Assembly: GCA_964291415.2 (NCBI GenBank)
Contig: OZ219918.1
Span: 224,001 to 288,000 of the forward strand
Length of the DNA stretch: 64,000 bases
Direction of reading: 5' to 3'
DNA from: Alphaproteobacteria bacterium
GTDB taxonomy: Bacteria; Pseudomonadota; Alphaproteobacteria; SP197
The notes under the pieces: generated by a model
Told to the model about the DNA's origin: nothing
Databases searched by the model: none
The model's input: only the letters and a program-made list of their open reading frames with translations
Made by a program: the position numbers and the translations under genes
Part shown: in pieces, positions 1-10,035 of the stretch
Layout of the letters: each line of letters starts with the position of its first letter
Position numbering within the stretch: the first letter of the stretch is position 1

Positions 1-1
1 G

Positions 2-1588
2 AGAGCCATTCGTGGCGGCCGCATATCGGTGATCTTCCAGGAGCCCATGACGTCCCTCTCGCCGTTGCACACGGTGGGTGACCAGGTCGGCGAAGCCCTC
101 CATCTCCACCGCCGCTGCTCAAGGGCCGAAGGCCGTGAACTGACCATCGACATGCTGCGTCTCGCCGGTTTTCCGGACGCGCGCGCCGCCTTCAACAGCT
201 ACCCCTTCGAACTCTCGGGCGGCCTGCGCCAGCGCGCCATGATCGCCATGGCGCTGGTCTGTCGTCCGGCGTTGCTGATCGCCGACGAACCCACCACCGC
301 TCTCGATGTCACCGTCCAGGCGCAGATCCTCAAGCTGGTGAACGACCTCAAGGCCGAACTGTCCATGGCGGTGCTGATGATCACCCATGATCTGGGCGTC
401 GTCGCCAACGTCGCCGAGGACATCGTGGTCATGTACCACGGCAGGATCATGGAGCGGGGCTCCCTCGACGACATCTTCCATCGGGCCCGCCATCCCTATC
501 TCAAGGGACTGCTGGCGGCCGTGCCCCGCTTCGGTCTTCGCCCCGGGGAGCGACTGGTCCCGCTGCGCGAGATACCGATGGCGAACGTTGCTTCCATGGG
601 CCGGGCGGGAGCTCGCAGGGACACCGGCGAAGCGCTGCTTTCGGTGGAGGGGCTGACCAAGACATTCACCACCCGCAAGTCCGGGCTGCTGTCCCCCGCC
701 AGACCCCCCCATGTTGCGGTCAACGACGTCAGTTTCGAGGTGCGGCGCGGCGAGTGCCTTGGTCTGGTCGGCGAGTCGGGATGCGGCAAGACCACGACAA
801 GCAAGCTCATACTGAAGGCGCTGGATCCCGATGCGGGGACCATCACCTACTTTGACGACGGCGAGCCACGGGACGTCTTTGCCCTGAAGGACGCGGACCT
901 CTTCGCCTACCGCAGGAAGGTGCAGTTCATCTTCCAGGACCCCTTCGGATCGCTCAATCCGCGCATGACGGTGTTCGACATCATCGTCGAACCGCTGCTG
1001 ATTCACGGTGTGGGCAACGCCGAAGCGCGCGCCGACAGGGTCAAGGACCTCATCAATGTCGTCGGCCTGGATGTCCGCCACCTGCGCCGCTATCCGCACA
1101 GTTTTTCGGGCGGGCAACGCCAGCGGATCGGCATCGCCCGGGCCCTTGCCCTCGAACCGGAGCTGCTGATCTGCGATGAGCCGGTCTCTGCTCTCGACGT
1201 CTCGATCCAGGCGCAGGTTCTCAACCTGCTGAAGGACCTGCAACGGGAGATGGGGCTCACCTACATCTTCATTTCGCACAATCTCGCCGTGGTCGACTAC
1301 ATGGCCGACCGCATTGCCGTGATGTGCGCCGGGCGCCTCGTCGAGCAGGCGAACCGCGAGGAACTCTTCGGCAATCCGGTGCATCCCTACACAAGGGCCC
1401 TGCTCGCCGCGGTTCCGGAGCCCGACCCTGAACGCCAGCTTGACCTGTCGCTCCTCATGGAAGGACGCGCCTCCGTTCCGGCGGAATGGCCCGAGCCCTT
1501 CACGGAGACCGGTGGTCTCGGGATCGTGCGCGTCGGCGACAATCACTGGGTGCGGGCCACGGCAGCGCCGGGGGACGTCCGCTCATGA
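2..1588 (+). CDS. Dipeptide/oligopeptide ABC transporter ATP-binding protein, two fused ABC domains (5' end outside window)
   Basis: LSGGLRQR and FSGGQRQR signatures, [10 protein letters not shown] and [10 protein letters not shown] Walker B, GESGCGKT Walker A, HPY motifs; frame open from window start. Confidence 0.95.
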   Translation, partial: RAIRGGRISVIFQEPMTSLSPLHTVGDQVGEALHLHRRCSRAEGRELTIDMLRLAGFPDARAAFNSYPFELSGGLRQRAMIAMALVCRPALLIADEPTTALDVTVQAQILKLVNDLKAELSMAVLMITHDLGVVANVAEDIVVMYHGRIMERGSLDDIFHRARHPYLKGLLAAVPRFGLRPGERLVPLREIPMANVASMGRAGARRDTGEALLSVEGLTKTFTTRKSGLLSPARPPHVAVNDVSFEVRRGECLGLVGESGCGKTTTSKLILKALDPDAGTITYFDDGEPRDVFALKDADLFAYRRKVQFIFQDPFGSLNPRMTVFDIIVEPLLIHGVGNAEARADRVKDLINVVGLDVRHLRRYPHSFSGGQRQRIGIARALALEPELLICDEPVSALDVSIQAQVLNLLKDLQREMGLTYIFISHNLAVVDYMADRIAVMCAGRLVEQANREELFGNPVHPYTRALLAAVPEPDPERQLDLSLLMEGRASVPAEWPEPFTETGGLGIVRVGDNHWVRATAAPGDVRS

Positions 1589-3471
1589 GCGGGCGTGCCG
1601 TCGCGGCGCTCCTCGTGGCGTTTCTTGCCATGCCGGCCCTGGCGTCCGAGGTGCCCTGGCTTGCGGAACGGGTCGCTGCCGGCGATCTGCCGCCCCTTCG
1701 CGAGCGTCTGCCGGATGACCCTCTCGTCGTCGACGACGGCCGGGAAACCGGCGACTACGGCGGCGACTGGAACATGCTGATCGCCCGCAGCAAGGACACG
1801 CGTATTCTCGCGGTCTTCGGCTACGCCCGGCTCGTCGGATACGACGCAACCTTCACCCTGGTGCCGGATCTCCTCGAATCCTTCACTGTCGAGGACGGGC
1901 GCATCTTCACCTTCCGCCTGCGCCGCGGCCACCGATGGTCGGACGGTCATCCCTTCACCTCCGAGGATTTTCGCTACTGGTGGGAGGATGTTGCGGGCAA
2001 CCCGGAGCTCTCTCCGTCGGGCCCGCCGACTGTCATGCGCGCCGGCGGCGCCTTGCCTGTCTTCGAAGTCATCGGCGACGAGACCGTGCGCTACACCTGG
2101 CCCGCTCCCAACCCCGATTTCCTGCCGGCGCTGGCCGGCGCGGCGCCGCTCTTCATCTACCGTCCGGCGCACTACATGAAGCAGTTCCACGTGGATCATG
2201 GTGATGTCGAGGCGATTGCGCGCCAGGCCGCCGAGGCCGGCAAGCCCGGCTGGGCATCGCTCCACAACGCCCACGACAACCTCTATCGCTTCGACAATCC
2301 CGACCTTCCCACGCTGCAGCCATGGGCCATCACCAACGAGGCGCCGGCGCAGCGGTTCATCGCCGAGCGCAATCCCTTCTTTCACAAGGTGGACGCCCGG
2401 GGCCGGCAGCTCCCCTACATCGACCGCGTCGTCATGACCGTCGTCGACAGCAAGCTCATCCCCCTCAAGACGTGGGCGGGAGAAGCCGACCTTCAGGTAC
2501 GGGGACTTGCCTTCAACGACTACACCTTCCTGAAGGAAGGAGAGGAGCACAACGACTACCGGGTGCGGCTGTGGCAGACGGCGAGAGGAAGCCAGCTCGC
2601 GCTCTATCCCAATCTCAACGTGGCCGATCCGGTGTGGCGCACGGTGCTGCGGGACCTCCGCTTCCGGCGGGCCCTTTCGCTGGCCATCAACCGCCGGGAG
2701 ATCAACCAGGTCATCTACTTCGGTCTCGGCATCGAAGGGCAGAACACGGTTCTTCCCGCATCGCCTCTCCACCGCTCCGAGTTCCGGGATGCATGGGCCC
2801 GGTTCGATCTCGAGGAGGCCAACCGGCTGCTCGACGACATGGGGCTCGTCGACGACGACGGCATGCGTCTGCTTCCCGATGGCAGACCGCTGGAAGTCAT
2901 CGTCGAGACCGCGGGCGAGAACCCCGAAGAAACCGACATACTCGAACTGATCCACGATTCATGGGCAGCGGCCGGAATCAAGCTCTATCCCAAGCCCCTG
3001 CAGCGCGAGGTCCTGCGCAACCGCATATTCGCCGGAAAGACCGTGATGGCCATGTGGTTCGGCAACGAGAACGGCGTGCCCGCGGCCGACATGAGCCCCG
3101 GCGAGTTCGCCCCCACCACCCAGCAGCTGCTGATGTGGCCGCGGTGGGGCCAGTACCACGAAACCGGAGGCGCCGCCGGGGAGCCCATCGACATGGAGGC
3201 GCCGCGCCGCCTCATGGATCTCTATCTGGCCTGGCGCGCCAGCCGGACCTCCGACGAGCGCCGGAGCATCTGGGACGAGATGCTGGAGATCTACTGCGAC
3301 GGCGTCTACTCCATCGGTCTGGTTGCCGGAATCCTCCAGCCCCTAGCCGTCTCGAACCGGATGAGGAACGTGCCGGAGGAAGCCATCTACAACTGGGATC
3401 CCGGAGCCCAGCTCGGCGTGTGGCAACCCGACACGTTCTTCTTCGTCGATGGCGACGACGGCCGGCCATGA
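1585..3471 (+). CDS. ABC transporter substrate-binding protein, family 5
   Basis: ATGA overlap with upstream stop; signal peptide [20 protein letters not shown]; LPPLRERLP, FTFRLRRGHRWSDGHPFTSED and LPYIDRV motifs. Confidence 0.93.
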   Translation: MSGRAVAALLVAFLAMPALASEVPWLAERVAAGDLPPLRERLPDDPLVVDDGRETGDYGGDWNMLIARSKDTRILAVFGYARLVGYDATFTLVPDLLESFTVEDGRIFTFRLRRGHRWSDGHPFTSEDFRYWWEDVAGNPELSPSGPPTVMRAGGALPVFEVIGDETVRYTWPAPNPDFLPALAGAAPLFIYRPAHYMKQFHVDHGDVEAIARQAAEAGKPGWASLHNAHDNLYRFDNPDLPTLQPWAITNEAPAQRFIAERNPFFHKVDARGRQLPYIDRVVMTVVDSKLIPLKTWAGEADLQVRGLAFNDYTFLKEGEEHNDYRVRLWQTARGSQLALYPNLNVADPVWRTVLRDLRFRRALSLAINRREINQVIYFGLGIEGQNTVLPASPLHRSEFRDAWARFDLEEANRLLDDMGLVDDDGMRLLPDGRPLEVIVETAGENPEETDILELIHDSWAAAGIKLYPKPLQREVLRNRIFAGKTVMAMWFGNENGVPAADMSPGEFAPTTQQLLMWPRWGQYHETGGAAGEPIDMEAPRRLMDLYLAWRASRTSDERRSIWDEMLEIYCDGVYSIGLVAGILQPLAVSNRMRNVPEEAIYNWDPGAQLGVWQPDTFFFVDGDDGRP

Positions 3472-4466
3472 TCGCCTTCACCGTCCACCGGCTCATCATC
3501 ATGGTGCCGACGCTGATCGGCATCAGCCTCATCACCTTCATCATCATCCAGCTGCCGCCCGGCGACTTCCTGTCGACCATGATCGCCGAATGCGAGGCCC
3601 AGGGTGAATCGGGCTGCATGGAACAGATCGGCATCTACCGCCAGGAGTTCGGCCTCGACCGGCCCATGTGGCAGCAGTACGTGATCTGGGTCGCCGACCT
3701 TGTCCAGGGCGACATGGGAATCAGCTTCGAATACAACAAGCCGGTGGCCGAGGTCATAGGCGAGAGTCTCTGGCTCACCATCATTGTTTCCGGCGCGACC
3801 ATCATCTTCACCTGGGTCGTCGCCTTTCCCATCGGCATCTACTCGGCGACCCACCAGTACTCCTGGGGCGATCACGGTCTCACCTTCCTCGGATTTCTGG
3901 GTCTGGCCACGCCCAATTTCCTGCTGGCCCTGGTGCTGCTGTTCCTCGGCAACGTGTGGTTCGGGACGTCGATCGGCGGCCTCATGGATCCCGTCTACAT
4001 CGATCAGCCGTGGACCTGGGGCAAGTTCCTCTCGATCCTGGAACACCTGTGGATTCCGGTGGTGGTGATCGGCACCTCCGGCACGGCGGGCATGATCCGC
4101 CGCCTGCGCGCCAATCTGCTTGACGAACTCCACAAACAGTACGTCGTCACGGCGAAGGCGAAGGGGCTGCATCCGACGAGAGTGCTCGTCCGCTACCCGC
4201 TGCGCATGGCCCTCAATCCGTTCATCGCGGATATCGGCAACCTGCTTCCCCAGGTCATCTCCGGAGCGGTCATCGTGTCGGTGGTGCTGTCGCTCCCCAC
4301 CACCGGCCCCATTCTGCTGCGTGCCCTGCAGACCCAGGACATGTATCTCGCCGGCTCGTTCCTGATGTGCCTGGCACTGCTGACCGTCCTCGGGGTGCTG
4401 GTCTCCGATCTGCTGCTGGCGCTGCTCGATCCGCGCATCCGGCTGGGCGCGAGCGGGAACCGGTGA
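3468..4466 (+). CDS. Peptide ABC transporter permease (OppB/DppB-like)
   Basis: ATGA overlap; IIQLPPGD N-terminus, hydrophobic helices, YVVTAKAKGL EAA-loop, DPRIR C-terminus. Confidence 0.95.
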   Translation: MIAFTVHRLIIMVPTLIGISLITFIIIQLPPGDFLSTMIAECEAQGESGCMEQIGIYRQEFGLDRPMWQQYVIWVADLVQGDMGISFEYNKPVAEVIGESLWLTIIVSGATIIFTWVVAFPIGIYSATHQYSWGDHGLTFLGFLGLATPNFLLALVLLFLGNVWFGTSIGGLMDPVYIDQPWTWGKFLSILEHLWIPVVVIGTSGTAGMIRRLRANLLDELHKQYVVTAKAKGLHPTRVLVRYPLRMALNPFIADIGNLLPQVISGAVIVSVVLSLPTTGPILLRALQTQDMYLAGSFLMCLALLTVLGVLVSDLLLALLDPRIRLGASGNR

Positions 4467-5629
4467 TGCGCGGCGCACCCGGCCAGGGCGATCACTGGAC
4501 CGACACCCGGCCGTGGGACCCTCATGACGTCGACAGGCTGACGCCGGAACTGGAGCGCTTCTATCTCGCCAACCAGTGGACGCTGATGTGGTGGAAGTTC
4601 CGCCGCCACCGCCTCGCCGTCATCTCCGGCATCATTCTTCTGGCGACGTTCCTTTCCATCGCCATTTCGGAGATTCTCGCCCCCTACAATCTGCATACGC
4701 GCAACACCGATCACATCTATGCGCCGCCGCAGATGGTGCGGCTGTTTCACGAAGGCCGGTTCGTCGGACCCTTCGTCTACGGCTACGACTACCACCTCGA
4801 CATGTCCAACCTGCAGCGGGTCTACACCCCGGACCGGACCCGGATCGAACGCCTGCGGTTCTTCTGCCTGGGCGATGCGTACACGTTCTGGGGCATGGTC
4901 GAGATGCGCTTCCACGTCGTCTGTCCGGCCGAGGGCGGCACGCTCTTCCTGCTGGGGACCGACAGGCTGGGACGCGACCTGCTGTCGAGAATCCTCATGG
5001 GCGCCCGGATTTCGCTCACCGTGGGCCTCATCGGCATCGCCATCAGCTTCCTTCTGGGCATCGTCCTGGGTGGCCTTTCGGGCTACTACGGCGGCTGGGT
5101 CGACAGCCTTGTCCAGCGCACGATCGAGATCATTCGCAGCTTCCCGGAACTGCCCTTGTGGATGGCGTTGTCGGCGGCCCTGCCGATCACCTGGAGTCCG
5201 GTCCTGGTCTACTTCGGCATCACCATCATTCTCGGTCTCTTCGACTGGACCGGTCTGGCGCGGGCCGTGCGTTCCAAACTGCTGGCCCTGCGGGAGGAGG
5301 ACTTTGCCACGGCCGCCGTGCTCATGGGTGCGAAGCCGTCACGGGTGATCTTCCGTCACCTGCTTCCCGGTTTCACCAGCCATCTCATTGCCTCGGCGAC
5401 CCTGTCCGTTCCCGGCATGATCCTCGGCGAGACGGCGCTCTCCTTCCTGGGCCTGGGCCTGAGGCCGCCGATCACGAGCTGGGGCGTTCTCCTGAACGAG
5501 GCCCAGAACATCAACATCGTGGCGCTCTACCCCTGGCTCATGCTGCCGGTCGTGCCCGTCATCATTGTCGTTCTCGCCTTCAACTTTCTCGGCGACGGAT
5601 TGCGCGACGCCGCCGATCCCTATCGCTGA
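4466..5629 (+). CDS. Peptide ABC transporter permease (OppC/DppC-like)
   Basis: TGATG overlap; LLGTDRLGRDLLSR, ETALSFLGLG, FNFLGDGLRDAADPY. Confidence 0.95.
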   Translation: MRGAPGQGDHWTDTRPWDPHDVDRLTPELERFYLANQWTLMWWKFRRHRLAVISGIILLATFLSIAISEILAPYNLHTRNTDHIYAPPQMVRLFHEGRFVGPFVYGYDYHLDMSNLQRVYTPDRTRIERLRFFCLGDAYTFWGMVEMRFHVVCPAEGGTLFLLGTDRLGRDLLSRILMGARISLTVGLIGIAISFLLGIVLGGLSGYYGGWVDSLVQRTIEIIRSFPELPLWMALSAALPITWSPVLVYFGITIILGLFDWTGLARAVRSKLLALREEDFATAAVLMGAKPSRVIFRHLLPGFTSHLIASATLSVPGMILGETALSFLGLGLRPPITSWGVLLNEAQNINIVALYPWLMLPVVPVIIVVLAFNFLGDGLRDAADPYR

Positions 5630-6715
5630 TCAGCCGTCGAGGCGGTATTCGCTGAAGACGATCCTGCCGGCATAAGGGGCGCGGGCGACGCGCATGACGC
5701 GCTCCGTCGTATCCATGATCACCGTGGCGACGGTTGACGAGGGCTCCATGTCCCCCTGGCTGTCGGCGCCGGGGGAGGCGAGAACGGCCGACGGCGCTCC
5801 CCATGTATCGGCGAAGGCCTCCTCCACGTCGGCGCACGTGATGTGGCCAAGGCTCTGGCTGAGACGCCGCTCCACCCGGCTGTCGCGGTAGATCGAACTG
5901 GGCGCCTGGGCAAGGCCCGTGTCGATCACCCGGGCCCGCGCCGCGGCGGTGCGGAAATGATTGGCGTGAACAAGGAGCCCGCGCCCGGGCTTCTCCCAGA
6001 AAACTTCCTGGGGTGTCGTCTCGAGGTCCACGGCCTCGCCCGCCGCGTCGGAGATCATCAGGTTGGCGGGGAAGGATCGCCTTGCATTGAGAACGCAGCC
6101 CAGGGCCACCGCGAGCCCGGCCGATTCGAGAATCCGGCGGCGGATGAACGGGATCGGCACGGCGTCTTGCGGGGGAGATCCGGGACAGGCCAGGAAATTG
6201 CCGGTGACGGCGATCCCGTGGCTGTTCATGCCGGCGCGGGCGACGATTCCCGCCTCCACGAAGATCAGCAGCCGCAGGCCGTCCTCGCGTTCGATGCGCA
6301 GGACCACGGCCGTGTCCTTGCAGGCATCGAACCAGTCCCAGTTCTGACCGTGGAGAAGGTGCCCGTTGGCCGTTGCTTCCGGCAGGGCGACGGCGCCGGT
6401 GCAGCCGTCGGGACCGGCGATGCCGCCGAAATCATGAATGAGTTCGGTCCGGGCGTTGAGGGCGACAATGTCACCGATCGTCCGCTCCGCCCCCGCCGCC
6501 ATGCCGCGCATTTCCTCGACGACGGCCGAATCGAAGGCCTCGAGACGCGGCAGGTATCTGATGGCGATGCGGCGGACATCCTCCCAGTCGGCGTCAAGCA
6601 GCCGGTCGTAGAGGGCAATGCTCCTCGCGATCCTGTCGCCGCCCTGGCGCCCGATCGCCACCCCGCGCTCGAACGGCGGCCCCGCCGCCTCGATGAGAGG
6701 AAACGCCTCCGTCAC
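5630..6715 (-). CDS. C45 family autoproteolytic acyltransferase/peptidase (Ntn hydrolase)
   Basis: ALNARTEL..DGCT autocleavage motif, GQNWDW, GMNSHG, HANHF; start codon uncertain (GTG 6715 or TTG 6742). Confidence 0.85.
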   Translation of the reverse strand: MTEAFPLIEAAGPPFERGVAIGRQGGDRIARSIALYDRLLDADWEDVRRIAIRYLPRLEAFDSAVVEEMRGMAAGAERTIGDIVALNARTELIHDFGGIAGPDGCTGAVALPEATANGHLLHGQNWDWFDACKDTAVVLRIEREDGLRLLIFVEAGIVARAGMNSHGIAVTGNFLACPGSPPQDAVPIPFIRRRILESAGLAVALGCVLNARRSFPANLMISDAAGEAVDLETTPQEVFWEKPGRGLLVHANHFRTAAARARVIDTGLAQAPSSIYRDSRVERRLSQSLGHITCADVEEAFADTWGAPSAVLASPGADSQGDMEPSSTVATVIMDTTERVMRVARAPYAGRIVFSEYRLDG

Positions 6716-6859
6716 GGCGCCCGCCGGGTCGTCATGACCCAATCAAGGGTCTCTGTGGGGTCTGGCGCGCGCATGTCCAAGCCACTCACCTTCACACCAT
6801 GGCTGCACGGATTCATTATGGAAGGCGAGCGCCGCGCCCGGCAAGTTCGCAAAAAGTCG

Positions 6860-6959
6860 TGCAACCCAATCCGGAGACCAGGAGAACCTTCAGGGGGTGG
6901 CGCCTCGTGCCATGCATTCCCGGTCCGACGGGCGCAATCAGGACGTCCGCGGCGACCAC
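6860..6959 (-). pseudogene. Eroded N-terminal relic of a PIN/VapC toxin
   Basis: GTG at the end of the antitoxin reads VVAADVLIA, then after a frameshift RRTGNAWHEA, resembling VapC N-termini; no intact ORF. Confidence 0.4.
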
Positions 6960-7198
6960 CTCTCCGGTTGGTCCATCACGTCGCAGAGAGCGTTCCGGTC
7001 GCTGACGTCCACATTGGGCGGCCGGTCCCCCTTGACGGTTTTCAGCTGCATGCGGAACCGGTCCTTGCTGCGCTGCACCGTTGCGAGGCGCTCCCGCAGA
7101 GCGTCCTCGACAAATCTCGTGAGCGTGATCCCGTCTCGGGCAGCCAGATCGCGAGCCTGACGCAGAACCTGATCATTCAGATTGAGGGTAATCTTCAC
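6938..7198 (-). CDS. VapB-like ribbon-helix-helix antitoxin
   Basis: MKITLNLNDQVLRQARDLAARDGITLTRFVEDALR RHH pattern; C-terminal PNVDVSDRNAL typical of vapB-type antitoxins. Confidence 0.75.
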   Translation of the reverse strand: MKITLNLNDQVLRQARDLAARDGITLTRFVEDALRERLATVQRSKDRFRMQLKTVKGDRPPNVDVSDRNALCDVMDQPERWSPRTS

Positions 7199-7522
7199 CA
7201 GGCTGCCGTCCTGAAGGAGAGGTGCAACCATATCACCGTGCAACCGGCGCCGGAAACGGCGCCCGCGAACGTCCATGGAAAACTGACGAAATCGTCACCT
7301 CTGCAGGTTGATCCATGCCGTCACCGGACGGGACAGACGATGCTGGCGGGTTGCGCTCCGGAGTGCCGCCGAACGGGAGAGACGGTGATCGCCAGGATCA
7401 CCCGTCTGCCCGTGAAGAGCAACAGCACCCTGTCTCGTTGTGGCATCAGGCTGACGATCCATCTGCGATTGCCGAAGCAGCACGAAGCCTTACAGTCCGC
7501 ATGTCGTTCAATGGAGATCATC

Positions 7523-8106
7523 ATGTCCGAGCAAGAAATTGCCGAACTCGAGCGGGAGATCTTCGATCTCACGGCGAGACTGAACAGGTTGCGCAAGGCG
7601 GCAGAGCCGAAGCCGGTGCCGGACTACCGCTTCGCGACCCTGAGTGGTGACGTCACGCTGCTCGAGCTCTTCGCGGACAGGCAGCACCTGCTTGCCATCC
7701 ACAACATGGGCCAGGGATGCCGCTTCTGCACCCTGTGGGCGGATGGCTTCAACGGCGTTCTGGCACACCTGGAATCTGTTATGTCCGTGGTGCTGCTGTC
7801 GCGGGATCCACCCAGCCTCCAGCGTGACTTCGCCAACTCCAGGAATTGGCGCTTCCGTCTCGCTTCTCACGGCGGCGGATCCTACATCCGCGAGCAGACC
7901 GTGTTGGATGGCGGGGACAACATGCCAGGGGCGGTCCTCTACGAGCGCTCTGGAGACCGGTGCTGCGCAGGAACAGCGTTGTCTTCGGTCCCGGTGACCT
8001 CTACTGCTCCCTGTGGAACCTGCTGGCTCTCGCCGGCATGGACGAAGACGACTGGAGACCCCAGTTTCGATACTGGACCCCTCCGGCGAAGCTGGATGAC
8101 GAGTAG
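7523..8106 (+). CDS. DUF899 family thioredoxin-like protein, single frameshift near 7960
   Basis: VPDYRF..VTLLELF..HNMGQGCRFCTLWADGFNG; continues in the next frame as VLRRNSVVFGPGDLYCSLWNLL; one extra G in GG at 7959-7960 restores it. Confidence 0.8.
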
Positions 8107-8296
8107 GGGCGCCTTGTCGGGATCGCGGCTCGCACGGACTCCCGGAAGACTTCTTGCGGACTCAGATGCCGATGTCGCACCGCATCCCGAAGGCGGGTCC
8201 AGCACCGGGATGACGCCCCGGGAGGTCAGGGAATGCCGCCCTGCCGCACGTCCCGTCAATCAGGGGAGAGGCTGCGCGTTCCGTCGCGGAGGCCGT

Positions 8297-9262
8297 TCAT
8301 GACGGTCCATCGCCATAGGTGAATGCCCTGGCCATCCGCGATACCAGATAGTCGCCGCAGGCAATCGGGTCGTGACCCGGAACCTCGCCCTCCGTGCACG
8401 AAACCGACGGATCGATCAGGGTGTCGAAGTCGGGATCGAAAGCCAGAACGATCGACAGTCTCTCGCGTCCCGACCTGTTGATCACCCGGTGCGGTGTCGA
8501 ACGCAGCTTTCGGTTGCTCCACCGCTCCAGCAGGTCACCCACATTGACGACAAGCGTGTCCGGAACGGGAGGTGCGGCGACCCATTCGCCTTCGTAATCC
8601 TGCACGTGGAGACCTCCGACCTCGTCCTGGCGAAGCACGGTCAGAACTCCGAAATCGGTGTGCGGGGACACACCAAAGACCTCCGGACCCAGTGTGTCGG
8701 GTTGAGGCGGATAGTAGGTCAGTGACGCCCGGCTGAGCGGCCTGGAGGTGGTCTGAAGAAAGGTGTCGTCCGGCAGGTCAAGCCCCAGGGCGCAACCGCG
8801 CAGGACATGCCGGGCAACGTCGCTGGCGGCCACGAGATAGCGTTCCAGAACTGGACGCAGGCCCGGCATCGACGCGGGCCACTGGTTGACACCCTGCAAG
8901 GGCCGGTTTCGTTGCGAGAGGGGGAAGTCATGACCCCACACGAAACTCTCCTTGAGATCCGCAATGGCGTCATCATCCATTTTCGAGGCGCCGGGTCTCA
9001 GGTAGCCCCGGTGGTCCTTGTTGATGGAGACTGCCCGCTTGATCTCGTCGTCCTGCCGGAAGAAGGCCAATCCCATGCGATGCGCTTCGGCGATCAGCTC
9101 CGGAGCGATCCCGTGATTGCGGATGTAGAGAAATCCGACATCCCGGCTTGCTTCGTGGATTTCCCTGGCAACACCGAACTCTGCGGAACCGTCGCGCAGC
9201 GGATCGATATCGATGATCGGTATGACAGAGGTGTCGATCTCCTTGTGTGCGGCGTAACCCAT
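8297..9262 (-). CDS. 2-oxoglutarate/Fe(II) oxygenase, isopenicillin N synthase family
   Basis: IPIIDI, GFLYIRNHGI, HTDFG (HxD), distal STPHRV, RLS 2OG-binding motif. Confidence 0.93.
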   Translation of the reverse strand: MGYAAHKEIDTSVIPIIDIDPLRDGSAEFGVAREIHEASRDVGFLYIRNHGIAPELIAEAHRMGLAFFRQDDEIKRAVSINKDHRGYLRPGASKMDDDAIADLKESFVWGHDFPLSQRNRPLQGVNQWPASMPGLRPVLERYLVAASDVARHVLRGCALGLDLPDDTFLQTTSRPLSRASLTYYPPQPDTLGPEVFGVSPHTDFGVLTVLRQDEVGGLHVQDYEGEWVAAPPVPDTLVVNVGDLLERWSNRKLRSTPHRVINRSGRERLSIVLAFDPDFDTLIDPSVSCTEGEVPGHDPIACGDYLVSRMARAFTYGDGPS

Positions 9263-9263
9263 G

Positions 9264-9875
9264 TCAGGTCTCTCCTGTCGTCTCACCGGCTGCTTTCTCG
9301 GGTGAGACGTAGAATCCCACCACGTCGCCCTGGAGGGTCACGCCAAGCCCGTTCAGCAGGCGGTTGACGTAGTTGAAGTAGCCGCAGATCTGGTTGACTT
9401 CAAGAATTGCGCCGTCGTCAACGCCGCATTCCCGCATGGCTGCAAGGTCGCTTTCGACCATGGCGCCGGGTTCGAGGGTCAGTTTCTCGGCATAGCGGAG
9501 CATGGCGAGATGAGCCGTCTCGAAGGCAGTCTCCGGACGTCCGGCCCTGAGCGCTGCCAGGATGGCGTCGGCACGTTCGTCATCCGCGATGAGGTGGCGT
9601 GCATTGGCGAAGTGGTTGGCGAGGGAATAGTCGCAACGGTTGAGAATGCTGACCCAGGAGGCGATCACCTCCTGAAACCACATGGGGAGCTCGTTTCCAT
9701 CGTTGTGCAGGACGCTCATGTAGAGCTCCCAATGGCCCATCATGGTGTGCGGCCGAAGCGAATGGACGCGCATGACGTTGTCCACCCGGCCGGAGGGGCC
9801 GCGGGCCTTTTCGAGAGTGGCCTTCAGCTTGGGCGAGGCCTTCGAATCCTCGATCATGGTGATCCAGGCCGTCAT
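9264..9875 (-). CDS. Peroxidase-related / AhpD-CMD family protein
   Basis: VSILNRCDYSLANH, YAEKLT..P, GYFNYVNR motifs. Confidence 0.88.
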   Translation of the reverse strand: MTAWITMIEDSKASPKLKATLEKARGPSGRVDNVMRVHSLRPHTMMGHWELYMSVLHNDGNELPMWFQEVIASWVSILNRCDYSLANHFANARHLIADDERADAILAALRAGRPETAFETAHLAMLRYAEKLTLEPGAMVESDLAAMRECGVDDGAILEVNQICGYFNYVNRLLNGLGVTLQGDVVGFYVSPEKAAGETTGET

Positions 9876-10035
9876 GGATCGTCTCCTCTTTCATGTCGCT
9901 TTCCGGCAGGAAACCCGGAAGCCGGGGCATCGGGAAACCTTGCCCGGGGGGAGTTCGGCTGAATCGTCAGCCCGGTGGCCGCAAGGATGCCATTGCAGGA
10001 CGCCGGCCACGTCGTTGGACGTTCCCCCGATTGCA

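Noticed and set aside
5625-5634. GCTGATCAGC palindrome resembling the operator core
   Set aside because: It is formed by two abutting convergent stop codons (TGA/TCA) and is not in a promoter
5843-8302. 819-aa ORF in the track
   Set aside because: Chimera of antisense frame to the C45 and antitoxin genes plus the real DUF899 5' part
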